NCBI GenBank assembly: GCA_963749655.1
Contig: CAVVOB010000029.1
Coordinates: 25,169-89,168, forward strand
Direction: 5' to 3'
DNA length: 64,000 nt
From: Nitrospirota bacterium
Lineage (GTDB): Bacteria; Nitrospirota; UBA9217
Shown piece by piece: positions 47,179-58,058 of the stretch (position 1 is the first letter of the stretch; every line of letters begins with the position of its first letter). The notes beneath the pieces were generated by a model, which did no database searches, was not told where the DNA came from, and saw only the letters and a program-made list of their open reading frames with translations. Both the position numbers and the translations under genes were made by a program.

Positions 47179-50100
47179 ATGCAGCTCAAGACCCTCGAAA
47201 TGATCGGTTTCAAATCCTTTTCCGATAAAACGATAGTCACCTTTCAGCCCGGAGTCACAGCCATCGTAGGACCGAACGGCTGCGGCAAAAGCAACATCTC
47301 GGATGCGATCCGGTGGGTTCTCGGGGAACAGAGCGCCAAGCACCTCCGCGGCGACAAAATGGAAGACGTCATTTTCAACGGCAGCGAGAACCGCAAACCG
47401 CTCGGCATGGCGGAGGTGACCCTGCGGCTGAACAACAAGGACGGCAATCTTTCCTCTGAGTTCGGGCACTATGAAGAGCTCGAGATCACGCGCAGACTCT
47501 ACCGGTCCGGAGAAAGCGAATATCTCATCAACAAGATCCCCTGCCGGCTGAAGGACATCAGGGATCTCATGATGGACGCCGGCGTCGGCGCCCGGATCCA
47601 TGCCATCATCGAGCAGGAAAAAGTCGATACTATCCTTTCCTCCAAACCCCAGGACCGGCGCTTCCTGTTCGAAGAAGTGGCCGGCGTGATGAAATACAAG
47701 GCGCGCCGCCAGGAGGCCCTGTCCAAACTCGAGTCCACCCAGCAGAACCAGCTCCGCGTGAACGACATCATCATCGAGGTGAAGCGCCAGGTGAATTCCC
47801 TCGATCGTCAGGCCAAAAAGGCCGAACGGTATCAGAAACTGCGCGGTGAGATGAAAGACTTCGATTTCCGCCTGGCGTCGGTGGAATATTCGAACCTGGG
47901 CCTTGAATGGACCGCTACGACGGAAGATTTCAAGAAAGCGGAAAACGAGGTCACGGAGCTCCACGCGACCCTCGGCAGGGTCGAAGCGGCCATCGAGGAA
48001 ACGCGCGTCGACGCCCTTGCCTCCGAGCAGGAGCTTTCCGCGCTGCGGCTCAAGATCCACGAGACCGAGGCGGCGCTCAGCAGATCGGAACACCGTGTCG
48101 AAATGTCCAAAAGCCAGATAACGTCGCTCACTGAACAGCGCGGTCGCGATCTTGCCGACATCGAATTTCTGAGGCAGGAGCTGTCCAGGGTCGGTGAGCA
48201 GAAAACGGTGCATGAGGAGGAAGCGGTCACCCTCGTCCGCTCCATCGAGGAGCAGAACGCCATTCTGGCCGGCCGGTCGGAGCTTCTGGAGTCCCTGGCC
48301 CGCGCGCTCAGGGAAAAAGAAGCTTCTCTTGAAGAGACCCGGGCCGGGATACTGAACGCCATGACGGCGACGGCGAACGAAAAGACGAAAATAGCAAACC
48401 TGCAGACACGCATCACACAGATCGACGAGCAGGGCGCCAAGGCGGAGAAGGACAAACAGGACCTGACCGAAAAGCTCCGGGAGCTCGCCGGCCTGCTCGC
48501 GACTCGGGAGCGTGAGCTCGAGGAGATCGTCGCCCGGAAGAACGCGGCCCAGGAAGAGCGTGCCCAGGTTGCCGAGCGCCTGGAAGCCGCCGTAGCCAGA
48601 AAAAAATCGGTCGAGACGGCGCTCAATGAAACGAAAAACAGGCTGGCCGGACAGAACTCGCGCCTCCGCTCCCTGATCGAACTCGAGCAAAGCTTGGAAG
48701 GCTACCAGAAGGGAGTGCGGACCGTCATGTCGGCCCGCAAGGAAGCCTCGGCGAGTGAGCGCCTCGGCACCATTCACGGCATCGTTGCGGACATGATCGA
48801 AACCGATCCTCAGTACGAGGTGGCCATCGAGGCCGTACTCGGTGACCGTCTGCAGTACGTGGTCGTCGACTCCCAGAATGATTCGCTGAAGGCCATCGAG
48901 TATCTCAAGGCCGGAAGCGGCGGCAGAAGCACGTTCGTCCCGAAAGCAACGCGGGAGATCAAGTCCGAACCCTTCGTGAAGAACGGCCACGCCGGCGTCA
49001 TCGGATCGGCGCTTGGCATCGTGCGGTACGACGAACGCTACGGCAGCGTTGCCCAGTATCTGCTGAACGACGTGGTTGTCGTGGACACCATGGACACGGC
49101 CCTCTACCTCTGGGGCAAAAACGGCATGCATAAGACCATTGTCACTCTTACGGGAGAGATCGTGGACCCCTGGGGCGCCGTTACCGGCGGCACCGTGGAA
49201 GCTGCGGGCGCGGGCATGCTCACGAAACGGCGGGAGATCAAGGATCTGGAGCATGAGATCGCGACCTTGACCGTGAATGCCGCGAAGCTGGACAACGAGC
49301 TCCAGTCCGTTGACTCTGCCATCGACTCGGACAAAAAGATCGAGGCCGATCTGGCCCAGCAGATCCACAGCACCGACCTTGAATTCGTAAACAGGGAAAA
49401 GGATCGGCTCGGCGTTCTCGATGAGATCGGCCGGGGTGAGGAACGCATCAGGGCGATCGACGCGGAAGCAGCTGGGCTGTCTGCTCAGCGGCAGGAGCTG
49501 AGCGGTGAAGTTGCGCGCGCGGAGGAAGTCCTCCGCGGCCTCGAGGCCGGTCATGCAGACGCGCAGGCCAGCGCCGAGCTGATCCAGACGGAGTTGTCGC
49601 TCCGGAAGGAGGAGCTGGAGGCCGCGCGTGCCGCAATCACCGAGATCAGGATGGCGGTCGCCGCCCTCGGGGAAAAGCAGGCCGCCGCGGTCCGGAACCT
49701 CGAAGCGCTCAGAAAATCGGAAACGGAACTGTCCGACCGGCTCGTTCGGCGGGAGGCTGAAATCAGCGGGATCGAAACCAAATTGGCCGAACTTGCCTCG
49801 TCCATCACCGAAGCCGAGGCCGAGATCAAGGGCCATATCGAGATCCTGGAGTCCGAACGCCGGGTCCTCCTGGAGAAGCAGGAAGTCCACGGGGAAAAGA
49901 CCCGCGCGCTCCAGGCTTCCGAAGAGCAGGCCCGTCAGGCGCGCCACGACATCGAAGCGGCGCAGAAGCGTCTTTCCTCTTCCGAGGTCAAACGCACCGA
50001 ACTACGCATGAAGATCGAACATCTGAAGGACAGGATCTGGAGCACCTATCACACGGAACTCGAAACCGTGGTCCGGGAGCTCGGCCAGTTCGAGATCAAT

Positions 50101-50766
50101 ATGGACGAGTCGCGGATGCGCCTCGATGAACTGCGCGAGAAGATCGACCAGATGGGCCCGATCAACGTGGATGCGCTCCAGGAGTACAACGAGCTGAAGG
50201 AGCGCTATGACCTCCTCTCGGCGCAGCAGAACGACATCAATGAATCCATCAACAACCTCAAGGCCACGATCGCCAAGCTCGACGGCGAGACCAACGAGCT
50301 CTTTACCGAGGCGTTCAATTCGATCCAGGAAAAATTCAAGGAGGTTTTCTCCCTGCTTTTCGAGGGCGGCAAGGCCGAGCTCGTGCTGCTGGACCCGACA
50401 AACATTCTTGAATCAGGCATCGAGATCATCGCCCAGCCGCGCGGCAAGAAGTTCCAGAGCATCACGCTCCTGTCGGGCGGAGAGCGGGCACTCACGGCCA
50501 TTGCGCTCCTGTTCTCGGCGTTCCTCGTGAAGCCGAGCCCCTTCTGCATGCTCGACGAAGTCGACGCGCCGCTCGACGAAGCCAACGTCACGCGGTTCAC
50601 CCGCCTGATCCGCGAAATGAGCAGCCGTTCCCAGTTCATCACGATCACGCACAACAAGCGGACCATGGAAATGGCGGACGCGCTCTACGGTATCACCATG
50701 GAAGAGCCCGGCTGCTCGCGCGTGATCTCGGCCCGGCTGCGGGACCAGACGCCGGCAATGGCGTAG
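47179..50766 (+). CDS. smc: Chromosome segregation protein SMC
   Basis: 'GFKSF', 'GPNGCGKSN', hinge 'GRSTF.P', 'LSGGE', 'LDEVDAPLD'. Confidence 0.97.
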   Translation: MQLKTLEMIGFKSFSDKTIVTFQPGVTAIVGPNGCGKSNISDAIRWVLGEQSAKHLRGDKMEDVIFNGSENRKPLGMAEVTLRLNNKDGNLSSEFGHYEELEITRRLYRSGESEYLINKIPCRLKDIRDLMMDAGVGARIHAIIEQEKVDTILSSKPQDRRFLFEEVAGVMKYKARRQEALSKLESTQQNQLRVNDIIIEVKRQVNSLDRQAKKAERYQKLRGEMKDFDFRLASVEYSNLGLEWTATTEDFKKAENEVTELHATLGRVEAAIEETRVDALASEQELSALRLKIHETEAALSRSEHRVEMSKSQITSLTEQRGRDLADIEFLRQELSRVGEQKTVHEEEAVTLVRSIEEQNAILAGRSELLESLARALREKEASLEETRAGILNAMTATANEKTKIANLQTRITQIDEQGAKAEKDKQDLTEKLRELAGLLATRERELEEIVARKNAAQEERAQVAERLEAAVARKKSVETALNETKNRLAGQNSRLRSLIELEQSLEGYQKGVRTVMSARKEASASERLGTIHGIVADMIETDPQYEVAIEAVLGDRLQYVVVDSQNDSLKAIEYLKAGSGGRSTFVPKATREIKSEPFVKNGHAGVIGSALGIVRYDERYGSVAQYLLNDVVVVDTMDTALYLWGKNGMHKTIVTLTGEIVDPWGAVTGGTVEAAGAGMLTKRREIKDLEHEIATLTVNAAKLDNELQSVDSAIDSDKKIEADLAQQIHSTDLEFVNREKDRLGVLDEIGRGEERIRAIDAEAAGLSAQRQELSGEVARAEEVLRGLEAGHADAQASAELIQTELSLRKEELEAARAAITEIRMAVAALGEKQAAAVRNLEALRKSETELSDRLVRREAEISGIETKLAELASSITEAEAEIKGHIEILESERRVLLEKQEVHGEKTRALQASEEQARQARHDIEAAQKRLSSSEVKRTELRMKIEHLKDRIWSTYHTELETVVRELGQFEINMDESRMRLDELREKIDQMGPINVDALQEYNELKERYDLLSAQQNDINESINNLKATIAKLDGETNELFTEAFNSIQEKFKEVFSLLFEGGKAELVLLDPTNILESGIEIIAQPRGKKFQSITLLSGGERALTAIALLFSAFLVKPSPFCMLDEVDAPLDEANVTRFTRLIREMSSRSQFITITHNKRTMEMADALYGITMEEPGCSRVISARLRDQTPAMA

Positions 50767-50789
50767 CAGACTTTTAAAGAAGACCCTCC

Positions 50790-50826
50790 ACTCCCCTTCG
50801 ATCCGATCAGGACGAAGGGGAGTTTG
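50790..50826 (+). terminator. Putative intrinsic terminator after smc
   Basis: ACTCCCCTTCG ... CGAAGGGGAGT hairpin followed by T-rich sequence. Confidence 0.65.
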
Positions 50827-51024
50827 ATTGAAACCCTTTTTTTTTCACTAGGTACCGGACCGGTCGCACCGACGCTCTAACTGGTCAACTCTAGCTCTTC
50901 TGCCGGATGACGTCGAAAAACGGTACCGGATCAGCATGCAATAAGTTGCACTTTCCCTCTTCCCAGGCAGTTCTGTCTGTGATATTCTCACGTCATGCTT
51001 TCACCACCCACGGCAGGCAGAAAA

Positions 51025-51990
51025 ATGAGGGTTGCATCCCTTCTTCTCTTTATTCTTGTCTCCACTGCTCTCTCCCCCCGGCTCGCTTTAGCTGAAGAAC
51101 CGGCCGGGTCTCCCGCTGAACAACAGGCATCCGCGTCTTCGCCGAATGAATACCGTCTTTTCAAAATCGTCTTTGAGCCGGACGCCTACTACACCGACGT
51201 CGACCTTATCATTGCTCTCACCAAAGCTCCCATCCCCAGTCTCGGGGAGATGTCGGAACAGGAGATCTACGGCACCCTCCTGACGCGCGCAGCAGTCCTG
51301 CCGCAGTTCCTCGTTCTCGAGGCCAGCGTCAATCCCCTTCCGTGGTTCGGAACGTATTTGAAAAAGAACGAGCGCGATTTTTACGACCGGGCCCAGGTAT
51401 CGGGCAGCTTCAACTGGGTCAAGGCGGTTACGACCGGATTCGAGGAGCCCTATGCCTTCTCCGTGCTGGCGGGCAATGTCGCAAATTTCTATCTTCCCGG
51501 AAGCGCGGACACGAAGGGGCTGGGATACAGCGGCTACCTGTTCAGCACGGGAAACTACTACATCAAGGACAATGAGCTGGTCCCGGACACGTGGAGGGAG
51601 TTCGAATGGAAGATGAAGGGGGATCGCAAGTCGCCGGTTAAAAAATTGAGCTGGAGCTTTCGTATCGGCGCCAAACTGCACAGCAACCCCAATATCACGG
51701 AAACCATTTACCTGACGGTCCGGAGGAGCAAGATCGATTATAAACCGGAGGGATCGTCGCTGTTCAACAACAGCGGATTCGAATATACCTATGACATGGA
51801 CCGGCGCACCTTCAGCGCGATCAGGCACTACTTCTTCGTGGACAAGAAATGGCCGCTGACGGACCGCCGCATGGCGTTATCTCTTGCCCTGGGTTTTGTG
51901 TGGGAATCAGCAAGGAAGTATACGGGAGAGCTTGCCACGGGACGGGGGAACGATCTGCAGGTCCTGCTGCGTCCGAACATCGAATTTTAA
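51025..51990 (+). CDS. Hypothetical exported/outer-membrane protein
   Basis: Signal peptide; beta-strand-rich; C-terminal Phe ('RPNIEF'). Confidence 0.7.
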   Translation: MRVASLLLFILVSTALSPRLALAEEPAGSPAEQQASASSPNEYRLFKIVFEPDAYYTDVDLIIALTKAPIPSLGEMSEQEIYGTLLTRAAVLPQFLVLEASVNPLPWFGTYLKKNERDFYDRAQVSGSFNWVKAVTTGFEEPYAFSVLAGNVANFYLPGSADTKGLGYSGYLFSTGNYYIKDNELVPDTWREFEWKMKGDRKSPVKKLSWSFRIGAKLHSNPNITETIYLTVRRSKIDYKPEGSSLFNNSGFEYTYDMDRRTFSAIRHYFFVDKKWPLTDRRMALSLALGFVWESARKYTGELATGRGNDLQVLLRPNIEF

Positions 51991-53150
51991 GGAGATACCG
52001 GAGTTTCTGCCGCCGATATCGGCTGGATGATCTGTTCCCGGGTGATCGAAAGGGGCGCTGCAGTTCCAATCTCATAATTTCCCGAGGCGAAGCCCAGGGA
52101 TTCGAGGCGTGACCGCACCTCCTCTTCCTTGTCGTCCGCGCAAAGGATCGCCCGGACCATACCGCCCTGACTGACGACAAGGACCTTGCCGCCGTTCTCA
52201 CCCTTTTCCGGACGCGCCTCTGACCACTGCCGCAGGCTGTCCTGCAGTGTTTTGTCCAGGGTCGTCCCGATCGTCATGCCGCTGCGGTACACCGCGTGTT
52301 CGCCATAGAGCTCGACGAGGATCTTCTCCAGCACATGCTGATAGCAGGGCCTGCCGTTCGCATTGCCCAGGGCGCCGAAATCGAACCTGCCGCTGCCCTC
52401 TTTCCGCAGCATGACAGACGCTGCGAGGGCCGCTCCATACTCGTCCTGGGAGATGAGCTTTGCCTGCTGCATGTTGAAGAGCACTTGTTCCTGCCGGTGC
52501 CGGGCCTTGTCCATCCGTTTGAAGGGATTATAGTATCGCGGATTGGGAAGCATGCCCGCCAGAAGGGCCGACTCGGCAACGGACAGGTCCGCGGCATGCT
52601 TGTCCAGATAATACCGGCCGGCAGCTTCGATGCCGTAGATATTCTCGCCCCATTCGACTTCGTTCAGGTAGATCTCGAGGATCTTCCTTTTCGAGAGTAT
52701 CTCCTCGGCCTTCGTGGCCAGCACATACTCGCGCACTTTGCGCGTTATGGTCTTCTCCTTGGACAACAGCACGTTCTTGATCATCTGCTGCGTGATCGTG
52801 CTGCCGCCCCGCGCGAACCTGCGCTTCTGGACATCAAGCACGAGCGCGTCCCAGGTGGCCTTGTAGTTGACTCCCCGGTGCGCAAAAAAAGTGTCGTCCT
52901 CGGCCGTCACGACCGCCTCGACCACGACATCAGAAAGCGCCGAGATAGGCGTCCAGATCCGGAACTTGCGGTCATAGTAATGAGTAAGGATGGTCCCGTC
53001 CTTGTCGAGCACTTCCGCGGCCGCGGCCGGCCGGTAGTGTTTGAGTACGGAAACATCGGGCAGTTTGGACAGGGCCAGGAAAAACCAGATCACTACGGCA
53101 AGGACTGAAACGGCTAGAACACCGAGGCCGATGAATAACGTTTTTTTCAT
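51987..53150 (-). CDS. Peptidoglycan transglycosylase (GT51) protein
   Basis: 'EDDTFF.H.G', 'GGSTITQQ', 'RKVRE', 'KILEIYLN'. Confidence 0.9.
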   Translation of the reverse strand: MKKTLFIGLGVLAVSVLAVVIWFFLALSKLPDVSVLKHYRPAAAAEVLDKDGTILTHYYDRKFRIWTPISALSDVVVEAVVTAEDDTFFAHRGVNYKATWDALVLDVQKRRFARGGSTITQQMIKNVLLSKEKTITRKVREYVLATKAEEILSKRKILEIYLNEVEWGENIYGIEAAGRYYLDKHAADLSVAESALLAGMLPNPRYYNPFKRMDKARHRQEQVLFNMQQAKLISQDEYGAALAASVMLRKEGSGRFDFGALGNANGRPCYQHVLEKILVELYGEHAVYRSGMTIGTTLDKTLQDSLRQWSEARPEKGENGGKVLVVSQGGMVRAILCADDKEEEVRSRLESLGFASGNYEIGTAAPLSITREQIIQPISAAETPVSP

Positions 53151-53159
53151 GGTGCGATG

Positions 53160-53318
53160 CTATTTCCGCCCTTCAGGGGGATTGTCGTCCTGCGTCTCAT
53201 CCCTTCTACAGAAGGAACCGGGGGCGTCCCCTCAGCCGAAACCCTGTCTTTTCCCGAACCGGGAAATGACGAGCACCGCGAGGGCGATGATGATTATGGT
53301 TGTTGTCATGTCGGACAT
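53160..53318 (-). CDS. Candidate 52-aa membrane micro-selenoprotein (in-frame UGA at 53232-53234)
   Basis: AGGGAG SD; MSDMTTTIIIIALAVLVISRFGKRQGFG-U-GDAPGSFCRRDETQDDNPPEGRK*; SECIS-like hairpin downstream of the UGA. Confidence 0.55.
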
Positions 53319-53392
53319 GGAAAACTCCCTAAGGCCTGATTGGAAAGGCCGGCTGCCGGCTTCTTCGCGCGAGGCCGTGCGAATCACCGGGA

Positions 53393-53953
53393 TTATTTCG
53401 ACGCTATGAACTCCTGAAGGGTCCTGACCGCGGCAGGGTCGGTCCAGTTCCCGGGACCGATGACCTTGAACCGGACGGTCCCCTGCCGGTCAAGAATATA
53501 GGTTTCGGGAAATTTAAAGGTCCCGTAAAGAGCTGCAGTGGACCGGTCAGGATCGAGCAGCACCGGCAGGTTGATGCCCTTCTTCTGCATAAAGGGGGCG
53601 ACCGCTCCTGCGCCTCCGTCGTCCACGCTCACCAACAGCATCTCGAAATCGCCGCTGCCGAGTTCTCCGGGGAGCTTCGCAAGGTTTGGAATTTCCTCCA
53701 CGCAGGGAGGGCACCAGGTGGCCCAGAAATGGACCATCACGACCTTGCCCCGAAGGTCCGCAAGACGAATCTGCCTGCCGTCGAGCGAGGACAATCGGAA
53801 ATCTGGCGCTTGGTCGCCGGTTTGAATGACCTTGGTGTGGCCTGCTTTTCTGCCTTTGGCGATAAAACCCGCTGCCGCAACAGCCACGATGAGAACAATG
53901 ACGACGAGGAATATAATCTGCTTCGTCTTGCCGCTGTTTGCTGCTTCTGCCAT
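53393..53953 (-). CDS. TlpA/ResA-like thiol-disulfide oxidoreductase
   Basis: N-terminal TM; 'FWATWCPPC', 'FPETY'. Confidence 0.92.
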   Translation of the reverse strand: MAEAANSGKTKQIIFLVVIVLIVAVAAAGFIAKGRKAGHTKVIQTGDQAPDFRLSSLDGRQIRLADLRGKVVMVHFWATWCPPCVEEIPNLAKLPGELGSGDFEMLLVSVDDGGAGAVAPFMQKKGINLPVLLDPDRSTAALYGTFKFPETYILDRQGTVRFKVIGPGNWTDPAAVRTLQEFIASK

Positions 53954-54289
53954 GGCACCTCATATTCAAGTTGATCGATATATACAATTACACGTTGACG
54001 GTAATGCGGTCGGTATTATACGATTTATCGAAAGGCGTATCAAGAGGAAATCATGAGTGCCTGCGGTGCCCCCGTGACATGGGGAAAGGCACCGACGCTT
54101 CTCAGGTTGTATTAAACGGGCCGGGAAAGCCCTCACGACGGTAGAATCCGGATTGAGAACCGCTCGATTCACGAGAGACGACGTAAAAAACTCACCCGGT
54201 CGCTTTATCAACGTCCGCACTGTCCATCAATGATCGGCCTGCGTCCTTGCGATGGCAGTATCGTCTTTCTCCCGTGTCTGACAGCGACC

Positions 54290-54661
54290 CTACCACTGAA
54301 AACGTCCAAGGACCGAAATGCCGAACAGAAACATCGTTATCCAAACGGCCGTGTCCACGACGATAGCCTCGACATCGTGACGCGCGAATCTTTGTTCGCC
54401 CTCCCATGCCGGGACTTTCGGCGGCTTCAACGCCATGATCGTGGAAGCGACAAGAAGCCCAACAAAAAGGCCTATCATCAGGAACGGCATCCAGGCCGGC
54501 ACCGCACCGAAGTCTTTCGCAGCGACAAACCAGAGGCCGAAGAAAAGGACGATGCTGTACTCGGTGAATCGGTCTCCTGCCTTTTCCTGGAGACGCGCTC
54601 CGGACAGGGACAGGATGACCATTGACAGGGTCAGGGTAAAAAGCAAAATCAGGAGTATCAT
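54290..54661 (-). CDS. Hypothetical membrane protein
   Basis: GGAGG SD; four hydrophobic segments. Confidence 0.55.
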   Translation of the reverse strand: MILLILLFTLTLSMVILSLSGARLQEKAGDRFTEYSIVLFFGLWFVAAKDFGAVPAWMPFLMIGLFVGLLVASTIMALKPPKVPAWEGEQRFARHDVEAIVVDTAVWITMFLFGISVLGRFQW

Positions 54662-54842
54662 AGACAAACCTCCGGTAATTGCTACTTTTGGACACAGAAT
54701 CACCGGCTTTGCGATGATCGTATCTGTTATAGTAATTATAACACCCGTTCCCGTTTGCGCAGTTTTGCTTCAACCTTCCCCTGCGTTTCGCTGCATTTTT
54801 ACTTTTGAAAAATCAAGGCTCTCTGCTATAATAATCATCGTC

Positions 54843-56665
54843 ATGATACTCGAGATCAAACTCCACGGAAAAGCCAACGACAAGCTCGACTATTACGTCA
54901 CCATTACGGGTGCCGACCTGAGCAGCAGGTACTGCTACGAGTCGCTTCCCGAGGGCGACCGCTTCTTTTCCGGCAGGAACGAGTTCATCATCTCCCCCGA
55001 CGGCATCAGCTATACCGGCACGGGCGGCAACCTCTGCGAGTACATGTTCGGCGTGGACCTGCCGCTCAAGGATCTGCTGCGGAAGGACGTTTCGAACCGC
55101 ATGGTGATGTTCGGCGCCTTCTACGACAAGACCGACAACATCACGTTCACCAACAGCACCATCGGCAGGGAGTCCTTCGACCACGTCTTCCTGACCGGCA
55201 ACGCCGTCTCCAACTACTATTTCTTCATCCACACTTCGCAGCGGACGGAGATCAGGGACATCCAGCGCGACATCCTGAAGTACATCGGCAAACAGCTCAA
55301 GCGAAGCACGACGGTGGGCGCTGCCGACGATTCGCGCCTCTGCCGCGAGATCTTCGACACCCTGGGCGATGAGAAGTCGCTGGTGTTCCTCTTCCGCCTG
55401 CTCAACCGGCATAACCAGGAATACTACAACACCTTCAATAAATTTTACGCAGAGCAGAAATCGCTCACGGTGCAGGCGCAGAAGAAGCTGGATGAGCTGG
55501 CAAAGAAGTACAACATCATCCCCTACCAGCAGGAACGCATCAAGATCGACGGCATGTACAAGCAGTCCGAGAACAAGAAAATCGTGGATGAATACAAGGA
55601 CATCCTCATCTCCGTTTCTGAAAAAGGCGAGGTGAGCCCCTCGGAACTGGCGAAGCTGTCCCGCCTGCGGACGCTTGCTCTGCGCCTCAACATCCCCCAC
55701 AACCTCTTCGACACCCTCGACGAGCTTCTCCTGAAGGACACAAGCATCGTCGAAGTCGAGGAGCCCGACTACGTCCGGGACACGCGGGCCATCTTCGAAG
55801 GCCTCTTCTTCGAGGCCGACAGGATCAAGGGCCATATCTCGCAGGAGGACCTCGTCAAGCTCCTCATGGCCAAGCAGAAGTCGACGCTCGTCCGGGACCA
55901 GGCCTTCGAGGGCCTGCTCCTCGACACGGTCCGCGCCTGCGACGAGCACGCCCGCGACAACGAACGACATGTCCGTGCTGGAATCCATGAGCTCCATCCT
56001 CACCTATTTCGACCGGTACGACAGCACGGCGACGACGATCAACAACCTCGCCTTCATGGAGAAATCCACGCTCAGCGAAGACAATATCAGGAGCATCTTC
56101 GGCAACAAGGCGGTCTTCGACCAGATCAGTTCCGACCTGTTCCGCGCAGCTGTTCATCGATGCCCTGCGGGACAACCGCTACCTGACCCGGTACGGCCGC
56201 AAGAAGGTCGACACCCTGTTCCTCGGCCTGCAGCAGATCAAAACGGGAGACACTACGTACCGGGACCTCGCGGCCTCCATCTCCGGGATCAACAACGACG
56301 ACACGATGTACACGTCCATTCACCGCTACATCAAGGAACGGTTCAGGAGCATCTACGCAGAATTGAACTCCAAGGAGGACCAGGAGATCTTCATCCAGGA
56401 CCTCAACCGGGAGATCCAGTCCAAAGGCATCGTGCAGGGACCCGTTCCGCACAGCGTGTTCGAGGAGATCATTCTCGACATCAGGAAGGAATCCTTTTAC
56501 CTCAACAACCTTCTGCCGCACATTATCGTGTCGCGCGATCACCGGGTGCGCGAGGATTTCCTGATGAACAGCGGGCTCGACCGCTTCTACGTTGAGGAAC
56601 TGGAAAAAGACTACTTCGATATGAACCAGATCGAAATGAACATCCTCGAAGAGATCCGGAAATAA
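54843..56665 (+). CDS. Conserved ~600-aa protein, TIGR04442-like (2 frameshifts)
   Basis: 'EIKLHG', 'EYMFGVD.PLKDL', 'YQQERIKID.MY', 'FL.NSGLDRFYVEELE'; frames 54843-55960, 55969-56150 and onward to 56665; upstream TTGAAA-16-TATAAT. Confidence 0.7.
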
Positions 56666-56695
56666 TACTGAGGGAAATCACCCAAAAGCCGGATA

Positions 56696-56764
56696 TAACC
56701 GCAGAAGCCGCGGAAGGGCGGAAGAACCTTCCCTAGGGTCTGCGTCTCAGCGTCTCGGCGCTGG
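56696..56764. repeat. 9-bp-unit inverted-repeat element
   Basis: AACCGCAGAAGCCGCGGA ... TCTGCGTCTCAGCGTCTCGGCG, similar to 35025-35105. Confidence 0.55.
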
Positions 56765-56863
56765 ATTTTGTTTAACGGATGCATCTGTTCCGGTCGGCAG
56801 GATACCCGGCGGCTCGCCGCGGCGGCAGCATTTTTTTCAAGAAAGGAACGATCAGAACCTACC

Positions 56864-58051
56864 GTGTTCAAGACCCTGGACCGATACATATTCCGTGAAA
56901 TGGTGCCGCCGTTCTTCATCAGCACGGCGGCGCTTCTCCTGGTGCTGGTGCTCCAGCAGCTTTTCCGGCTGACGGACATCATCGTGTCGAAGGGCGCCAC
57001 CATTGCGTCTACGGTGACGGTGATCATCTACGTTCTTCCGGGATTTCTGGTCATCACCATCCCCATGGCCCTTGTCGTCGCGGCGCTTACGGCCTTCAGC
57101 CAGATGAGCGCTGACTCCGAGGTGACCGCCATGAAGGCCTCGCGCATCAGTGTCTACCGGATGATCCGTCCGGTCTTTTTTTTCGCCGTACTCGCGTTTC
57201 TCCTCACGGCCTTCACCTCGCTCTACCTCGTGCCCCTGTCGAACGTGGCGCTCAAATCCTACCTTTTCAACATGATCAAATCACGGGCGATGGTCGGCCT
57301 CGAGCCGGGCGTCTTCAGCAGCACCTTCGACGGCATGGTCATCTATGTCGACAAACTCGATGAACGAAATAACATGGAGGGAGTGTTTATATCCGACGAA
57401 CGCTCGGTCAAGGACCCGTACATCATCGCTGCCAAGCGCGGAAAACTCACTGCCGACCCCGAGGCGCTTTCCGTCACACTGGCCCTGCAGGATGGTTCCA
57501 TCCACACGCAGCCCCGGGACGATGAGTCCTATACCCTGATGGGCTTCAATACGGCCAGAATATACCTTGATATCAGAAATTCACTCGCTTCCCAGGGAGA
57601 CTGGGGAAAGAACTACGAGGACATGTCCACCGGAGAGCTCATCAAGTACATCCGCCAAGCGCGCAGCGAGGGGAAGCCCGTCTACCTCCAAGAAACGGAG
57701 CTGCACAAGCGGCTGTCGATCCCCTTCGCCTGTCTCATCTTCGGCCTCATCGGCGCGCCCCTCGGAATACGCCAGACGCGCTCGGGGAAATCTGCGGGCA
57801 TTGCAATCGCCCTTTTCGTATTCCTCGTCTATTACATCGTTCTGGCGACAGCGACCAATCTCGCGCACACGGGGACTGTTCCCGCCCTGAGGGCTTACTG
57901 GATTCCGAACGGCCTCCTCGTCGCGGCAGCCTGCCTGTTTGTTTATAAAAGAGGCCATGAAGTGGATTTCATGATCGGAAACATGTTCTCGGGCCTGTAC
58001 TACCGGGCGAAAGCGCGAATCGTGCAGGCATTCAAACGGCGGAAGTTTTAA
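56864..58051 (+). CDS. lptF: LPS export ABC permease LptF
   Basis: 'LDRYIFRE', 'MSADSEVTAMKAS', 'HKRLSIPFAC..F..IG.PLG'. Confidence 0.9.
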   Translation: MFKTLDRYIFREMVPPFFISTAALLLVLVLQQLFRLTDIIVSKGATIASTVTVIIYVLPGFLVITIPMALVVAALTAFSQMSADSEVTAMKASRISVYRMIRPVFFFAVLAFLLTAFTSLYLVPLSNVALKSYLFNMIKSRAMVGLEPGVFSSTFDGMVIYVDKLDERNNMEGVFISDERSVKDPYIIAAKRGKLTADPEALSVTLALQDGSIHTQPRDDESYTLMGFNTARIYLDIRNSLASQGDWGKNYEDMSTGELIKYIRQARSEGKPVYLQETELHKRLSIPFACLIFGLIGAPLGIRQTRSGKSAGIAIALFVFLVYYIVLATATNLAHTGTVPALRAYWIPNGLLVAAACLFVYKRGHEVDFMIGNMFSGLYYRAKARIVQAFKRRKF

Positions 58052-58058
58052 GGAGCAC

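Noticed and set aside
47137-49947. 936-aa antisense ORF opposite smc (also long antisense ORFs over norB, cydA, IS1182 and 54813-56003)
   Set aside because: These are shadow frames expected from high-GC codon bias; they have no motifs and fully overlap confident genes.
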